The position numbers and the translations under genes are program-made. A stretch of 64,000 nt of DNA, taken from Lepidodermella squamata. Lineage: Eukaryota; Animalia; Gastrotricha. Shown here piece by piece: positions 58,032 through 64,000 of the stretch; position 1 is the stretch's first letter; the number at the start of each line of letters is the position of its first letter. The notes beneath the pieces were generated by a model. It did not search any database. It was given only the letters and a program-made list of their open reading frames with translations, and had not been told where the DNA came from. The DNA lies in contig JBLDXI010000031.1 in the NCBI GenBank assembly GCA_047495785.1, positions 744,001 to 808,000 of the forward strand. Reading direction: 5' to 3'.

Positions 58032-58358
58032 AGTAAAATGAATAAACGTTTATACAACCGATATAGTTTAATTCGATTTTTTTGTACACCGCCAAACACT
58101 GGAATCAGGGCAAGTTCTTTTCCTATTTTCATGGCCAGAACAAGCTGCTTCGTCAATGCAAGTAAAACTCTATTCATTCAGTGGCAAAGAATCGTTTTAT
58201 ATTTCACAGAATCCTTCACGAAAACAGCTTATGCTGTCTCGAGTCGAACCTTCGGGAACTCATATCAAAAGCAATACTTTAGCAGAAAATATCAATATAA
58301 ACTATTATTCGGTTAAAATAGCACATCGCTGAAGAAAACGGCCGCATTTCATCTTCGG

Positions 58359-59228
58359 TTAGGCGGCACTGCATTTCAGCATGTACAAGTTGGTTGTAGG
58401 TGAAGCAGCAATGTTCGCAACCACATAATTTGCAGTAGTAGCCGGAGAGTTGACACAGCAAGAAGCGAACGAAGTATAGCCAGGCGACTGTCAAATACAA
58501 AATACTTGTCCTAGGTGAAGAATTCAGGCAAAATAATCAAATTACATTAGCAGGCAGTGGCGTATTCAGGGCTGAAGTTGTCTCAGGCAGATCCATGCAA
58601 TAGGAAGGCCCTGAACCGATAACCTTACGGTATTGATAGGTGCTAGCGAAGCAAATTCCCATGTAAACGACTGTTGTTGAGCCAGTTAGCGTGGTCAGGG
58701 TACCGAAGTTGAGCGATGTGGCGAGCGAGTTGCAGCAGGCGCTGTACGAGAGATAGGAAGTTGTGCCACTGCTTACGCCCGGTGTACCGCAGTTGGCTGT
58801 AGATGAGCAAAATGACATTGCTACACCGCCAGTTGTTGTGAACGAGCAGACTCGGAACTGCGAAAATAAAACGTAGCATAGATTCCAAAATTCCATAATA
58901 TTACTCGCATATTCGCATATCATACAGTTAATAACTGTAATTAGGTTATTCGGACAATATATCAACTTTTCTAATTATTTTTCAATTCGGCTCGCTATAG
59001 ATTCAGGGTTAGGGTTAGGTTTATTTCTAGCCGAGAGCTTCTCAGCTTGACTTCGGTTTCGTCCAAACTCACATCCGTAGGAGAGCCAGTGCTTTGTTGG
59101 AGGCTTGTCTGGTAGCAAGACTGACCGGTTGGGCACGAAGACGTAGGGCAAGGAGTCGTAGTACTCGTTGTAGCTGGGCAACTTGCAGCGCCAGAAAACA
59201 ATGCTGCCAAAGCAATGATGGCAATCAT
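58359..59228 (-). CDS. Small secreted Cys/Ser/Thr-rich protein, 3 exons (59228-59073, 58857-58546, 58487-58359)
   Basis: Signal peptide MIAIIALAALFSGAAS-C; phase-0 GT-AG introns give a continuous frame ending YMLKCSAA*. Confidence 0.75.
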
Positions 59229-62129
59229 ATTGTCTTAATCGATATGTAGAACGACTTGAAACTGGAGCAGGCAAATGTTTTCGAGTTAGTGCTTCGACCT
59301 ACTTAGCCGCGCTTTTAAATGCTGCTAATAATTATCTCGTAATGCGTGGTCACGCGTTTGAGTACGCCCTCGGGCGCATCGACGCAGGGCGCCTACATAT
59401 TGCCCTCTCCATCAGCCAAAATCTCGCTACGTGCTGCAGTAGATTAGTATTGAGAGTGTTGTATTATTGACGGCATCATTTAAGCAAAAAAAACAATTCC
59501 TCTAAAGACTGAAAGCGTTGTAGGCGCTACTATTTCTCAAAGCAGCAAAAGCTGCACTTGAAGGGTTAGAGAGGCAAGAAAACTTGGCAAAGTTTCGAGA
59601 AACTATTTCCAAAAATCCAACGTGACCTTTCACCTAGCGCAACATTTCAGGCATAAATTAATGAATCATGAATTTAAAATGACTTGTTTAAGAAATCACT
59701 CCTTAAAACCTTGATTTCCTAGTTTCTAGTTTCTAGTTTTCATCTGAGTAGTAGAGAAACCAATCTACCAAATGTTTCAGTAATTTCTCCGCACTGATGT
59801 TCGTTTACTTTGGCGATTTTCCAGAACTGCTTCAACACTTTTCTCCACGATGTGCAGCTTATTGATGCCACACCAAAGCAACAACTTAATAAATTGCCAA
59901 TAAATTGCCAATTGGCCAAGGGTTAATTTTTTGCAATCCATGGAATCAGTTGAAACTCGACAAAATTTACATCATCGTCTAACTTTTAGCTAGAGAACTT
60001 TTGGCCACAACATTTGCCATGCAAAGCATCACCTGATAATTTTTTTTCGCCTTGGTGTTTTTAACCTTGGTGTTATGGAACACTCTGTGAAATCTCAGAC
60101 CAGAATCCAGCAAATCTGGATCTAAAAATAATCATTGCGCGAACTAACCGATTAATTCCATGCATTTAATAGAAGGCCCTCTCCTGCTTTGGGTTTTCTT
60201 CCCTAAATTAGGAATGATTGGCGATGCAAAGAAAGCTCCATCAAATTGTAATTGCTGATTGCAGATAGCTATACCGTCTTGATAAGAAAATAGCAGATGT
60301 GTGGCTTCGAACTGCGCTCCTAATAAAAGCGAGCGATATAATTGAATTTCTTCATGAAATTGAAATCGTGTAATTGAAGTGAAATCACGTGTAACACAGT
60401 AATTTCCCCACTGATCGCTGGGCCATTCGGCTACTTGAGCTCGTCGTCCAGCCGCAAGTGCAGTGATGCGACGCTTATCAGTTCCTATGATCTGCCTATG
60501 AGGGATAAGTCACCACCGCTGTTAGGACTGTATCTCTTGACGTTTTTGGCATTCAGTCCATTAGTAGTTCCTTATACTTTCAAGTTGTTAGATACAGTCA
60601 AAATATCATGATGTACGCCAAGCAACAAAAAACGACGCCACTGTGTTGTTTCGCTCCCCTGAGGAAGTGAATTCTGGGAAGTTTTATTACGTGGCTCTGT
60701 CTATCTCCAGAAGGCCGATTTCTCCGAGTTTTCATTGCGAAAGAGCCGGATTATGTCGTCAACAGCTACAATGCTACAACAATTGACTTTGACTCAAGGC
60801 TGACTGGTCCACTTACTGTATTGGTTGGCAACAATACGACACCGCGAGACGCTTTGTCTTGCATGACCGCTTTCGACGAAGTCTTAGAAGAAGCGAGAAT
60901 TCCCGAGATTATTGAAGATTGCCGCGGCAGACACACGGCGTCAGCTCGCTTCCAACCCGGTGGGTTTTCATAGCTCTGCTGACTTCTATAGCGCGCTTAT
61001 TACCAAGGTTAATCGCCTCAATCGATAATGGCAGTGAGAGTATATTTCGGTCAATATTTAATGCATACAGAATTCAGAGTGAAAAAAATTCGAAGTTTCT
61101 TTTTGAACTTCGAATTATTCTGGGCCGAAGTTGCTATAATTTCCTAATGGATCCTATCGCAACGCGGGATGATCAGAAGAAGGTTCACCAGCTGTTCTTG
61201 AGGATTTTCAATAAAAACCCCATAGCTAACCCTCTTTGAACACAGGATCCCCTAAGTGTTGCCTGAAGGCTAGATCGATTAGGATGTAAGCAGAGGCATT
61301 AGCGTGATTCCATCATTTAAATTTGTATGTGGTTAGATTCCTTAACGCAGATTACATTTTCGACTGAGCATAGGAAAATGACATCAGCATTTATCTGCAA
61401 CCCTGATGACTACCAAAACCTCTCTCTGATGTCGTTCGGCTCCTTGTTCCTTGACTTTAGAAGCGGCATCAAAAATATCAATCTGTAGCCAATCTGTAGC
61501 TGAGCCCCACTTTTCCATTTTCAACGATGATAATAATGCATCAAGAATCCCTCCTATTGTAAAAATTGTCATACATTTAGCTAAACATTAAAATTAAACA
61601 TTAAACATTAAAATTGTCGCTGCGGTCGGCTGAATTTGTGATGCTCTCGGTGGCTCTCTACATCGGGGCGATTTATCTTCAAAATTAGTGTGCATCGACC
61701 AGATTGAAATAATGTATGCAGTTAACTTACTGTCAGAATTTACTGTCAACCATTTGAAAGCGTTTAGTGAAGCTTGCATTATCATTCTTATTGATTCTTA
61801 TCTCTTGATTCACTGCTGATTTAGAGTATTTAAAACTCTTGGAAACTCTCGAAAACACCTGTTTTCCATACTAAAACTAAAAGCCTGAAGCCATTCAGCA
61901 GCTTCTAGATTTATCCTGCCTAAACCAACTTCACAAGTTGAAAGAATCAAGGAAAGAATCCTAAAAAAATCTGCCATCCCTAGCAGCTACAAGATCCAGG
62001 ATCGCACCCTGGACTACAATTTCACGAGGACTGCTGTTACTGGTACATGGCAGACAATGTTACTTATTTGGCCTTTTACAGAGCAGCATGAAATGACCTT
62101 GAGCGTTAACTCGATCTCTTCAATCAGCC

Positions 62130-62229
62130 GCTCCAGTTGCATAGTTGGTTAGTGCGTCGTACTTATAAGCAGTACTTGATTGTACGCTGAGTTATGCGAA
62201 GGTCGCGAGTTCGAGCCTCGCCTGGAGCA
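62130..62229 (+). tRNA. tRNA-Ile(TAT) with 26-nt intron
   Basis: Mature sequence identical to 1760-1859; differs only in the intron; followed by a T8 terminator. Confidence 0.93.
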
Positions 62230-62385
62230 ATGTTTTTTTTAAACCTAACCCACTCAAAGTCACGCAAAATCCTCAAAAAATAACAAAAGCACCTGAATTT
62301 GTTTGTTTGCTATGAATAAACATTCACCTTAGGTGCATTGACTCACTAAGGTTCTCCGCGATTTTTCGGTTCATTCTATCAAGTG

Positions 62386-63708
62386 ATGAGGTTTTATCTA
62401 GCCGCAGCTTTTATAGCCGTTTCTACGGTTCATGGGCAACAATTTGCTCCGTCCGGGCCGAATAAGCCCAATTTCATCGTTTTGGGCTGGTGGAACTATA
62501 GCGGTAACCCAGCCACCCCTCCGGACCCGGTTTTCTCAGGCTGGCCAAAGTACAACCTATCAGACTACCAACCCGAACCTAGCCAAGTCCAATTGCAATC
62601 AAATTTCGCCATAAACCGCTTTTTAGGGCTTTGGTACGAGCTGTATCGAACTCGTTCATACCCTTATGAAGGAACTTTAGGCACTGAAGTCGGATCGTTC
62701 TACTTCAAGAATGCTGACGACTCAATCGGCATAGCAAATCGACAATGGCTGGCTGGTGAAGGGAAATGGCGAGTTGACCAGGGTGTCGGGAGGATCGTAG
62801 AAAATGCTAGAATGGCTACCCAATTCAACCCTTGGACACCTCCTGGGGATTACCGAGTCCTTTCAACAGACTACCTATCAACTGCTGTGATTTACAGTGA
62901 AGGGACTTTCAACAATCTGAAGAGGAGGTTTTGCTGGATATTAGCTAGGACAACTGCTCTTGAGGAAGAAACTATCAATCAGACGTTTGCCTTGATTCAG
63001 GAAAGAGTCAATTTCACGAGAAGTGACTTCGTCAAAATGAAGCATGGGATCGCGCCGAAATCTGCCCTTAACATTCTCCCAACTGGTATGCCTATGGCTA
63101 TGACAACTTCATCCACGACTCCCCCATCGCCAGGTAATTTTTTGAATGAAAACTGATGGTTTCCAAATAACCTTCTTGAGTCTACAGGGGCTTCCGATCC
63201 TAAGTTGAAGAAATGCAACTACAGACTCCCTCCAGGTGGCACTTGCTTCAACACAGGTCCTTACATTGTCTACGACAGTGCCGAGAAGATGTGTGTAGCT
63301 CAGGCCTATGACTGCAGCAACGACATTCGATCCGCAGCTTTCTCTTCATTTGAAGACTGCCTGAAAACTTGTAACGTCACATCACCGACTACGACAACAA
63401 TGGTAACGCCAGATTTGAGGGCCATCATGCAGTTTTTCGAGCGAGGACTGCCGGCTAATATGACAGGAGGCCTGCCAGCGCTCTTGCGCCAGATGGGTTC
63501 AAGAAATGGTTCCCTGCCGAATCTCGGAATGACGGGCAGAAATTTGCCGTTTAACCTGTCGAATTTGCCGAGATTGCTGCCATTCGCTAATATGGTCCAA
63601 CAAACTGTTGAGCAAACAACAACTCCTGCAAGTGAAACCACGACCGGTCAGTCGTCGGTCGCTGATACAACAGTAGCTCCTTCGCCGCCTCCTATGATGA
63701 GGATGTAG
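62386..63708 (+). CDS. Secreted lipocalin (ApoD/Blc-like) + Kunitz-like domain + low-complexity tail; 2 exons (62386-63133, 63188-63708)
   Basis: Signal peptide; lipocalin motifs RFLGLWYE, YRVLSTDY, WILAR; a 54-bp GT-AG phase-1 intron joins in frame to a six-Cys Kunitz-like domain (C..C..YD....C....C..F.SFEDC..TC). Confidence 0.85.
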
Positions 63709-64000
63709 ATTTTTGACCTAAAACATAGAGACATTTTTTCGGTGAAAAATTATTTTAGTCTTTGTTTCTAGACCATTCGCAGTTAGCCAGCCTATTTTTC
63801 CCACCCAGTTCAGTATAATAAAATTTATTGATGATACGCCAAAAATAACGGAGGATGATAAGCCTGGGAATGATATCATATGGTTCTATAATCAGACCAT
63901 TTGTGCCGGCGTACATGAGAACCAGGTCAGCCGTTAATTGCTGTTGGCCAAAATTAGATAGAAGAATGTTCCAGAAGGAGGAACTGCACCTATATGCAGC

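Noticed and set aside
59004-59021. CAGGGTTAGGGTTAGG as an interstitial telomere
   Set aside because: Fewer than three units, inside an intron; too short to be meaningful.
60590-60960. Exon-like stretch resembling a LamG/pentraxin C-terminus
   Set aside because: Needs a frameshift and I could not link it to flanking exons; too weak to call.

Overview
Eukaryotic (invertebrate-like, AT-rich, introns mostly 50-60 bp) genomic DNA; the host taxon cannot be determined from the sequence. The left part (1-31 kb) holds a Cys-loop ion channel gene plus a broken paralogue, intron-containing tRNA-Ile(TAT) genes, a Ser/Gln/Lys-rich collagen, three tandem paralogues of a large secreted EGF-repeat/C-type lectin gene and a 5'-truncated LINE. 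The centre holds a complete, apparently recent 22.6-kb Maverick/Polinton (adintovirus-type endogenous virus) at 34309-56886, with identical 287-bp TIRs starting AGTAGT and a TTTTGG target-site duplication. It sits near the middle of a small TA-flanked MITE. It encodes pPolB, a PLA2-integrase-chromodomain fusion, packaging ATPase, minor and major capsid proteins (the major one frameshifted), core proteins, adenain-like protease, a VLTF3-like factor and a fibre-like protein. A ~7-kb left arm carries spliced, host-like cargo genes, including a LicD/fukutin-family gene. The most striking unannotated signals are: (i) a textbook -1 ribosomal frameshift (A_AAA_AAC plus stem-loop) that fuses a core protein to the protease, like retroviral gag-pro; (ii) a TCTA motif 12-17 nt upstream of nearly all virion genes, as in giant-virus/virophage late promoters, alongside an element-encoded VLTF3-like factor; (iii) a GC-rich hairpin array with a compensatory base change. 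The right end holds a small Cys-rich secreted gene, another tRNA-Ile and a lipocalin-Kunitz fusion gene. All homology calls are from motif recognition by eye, not database searches.
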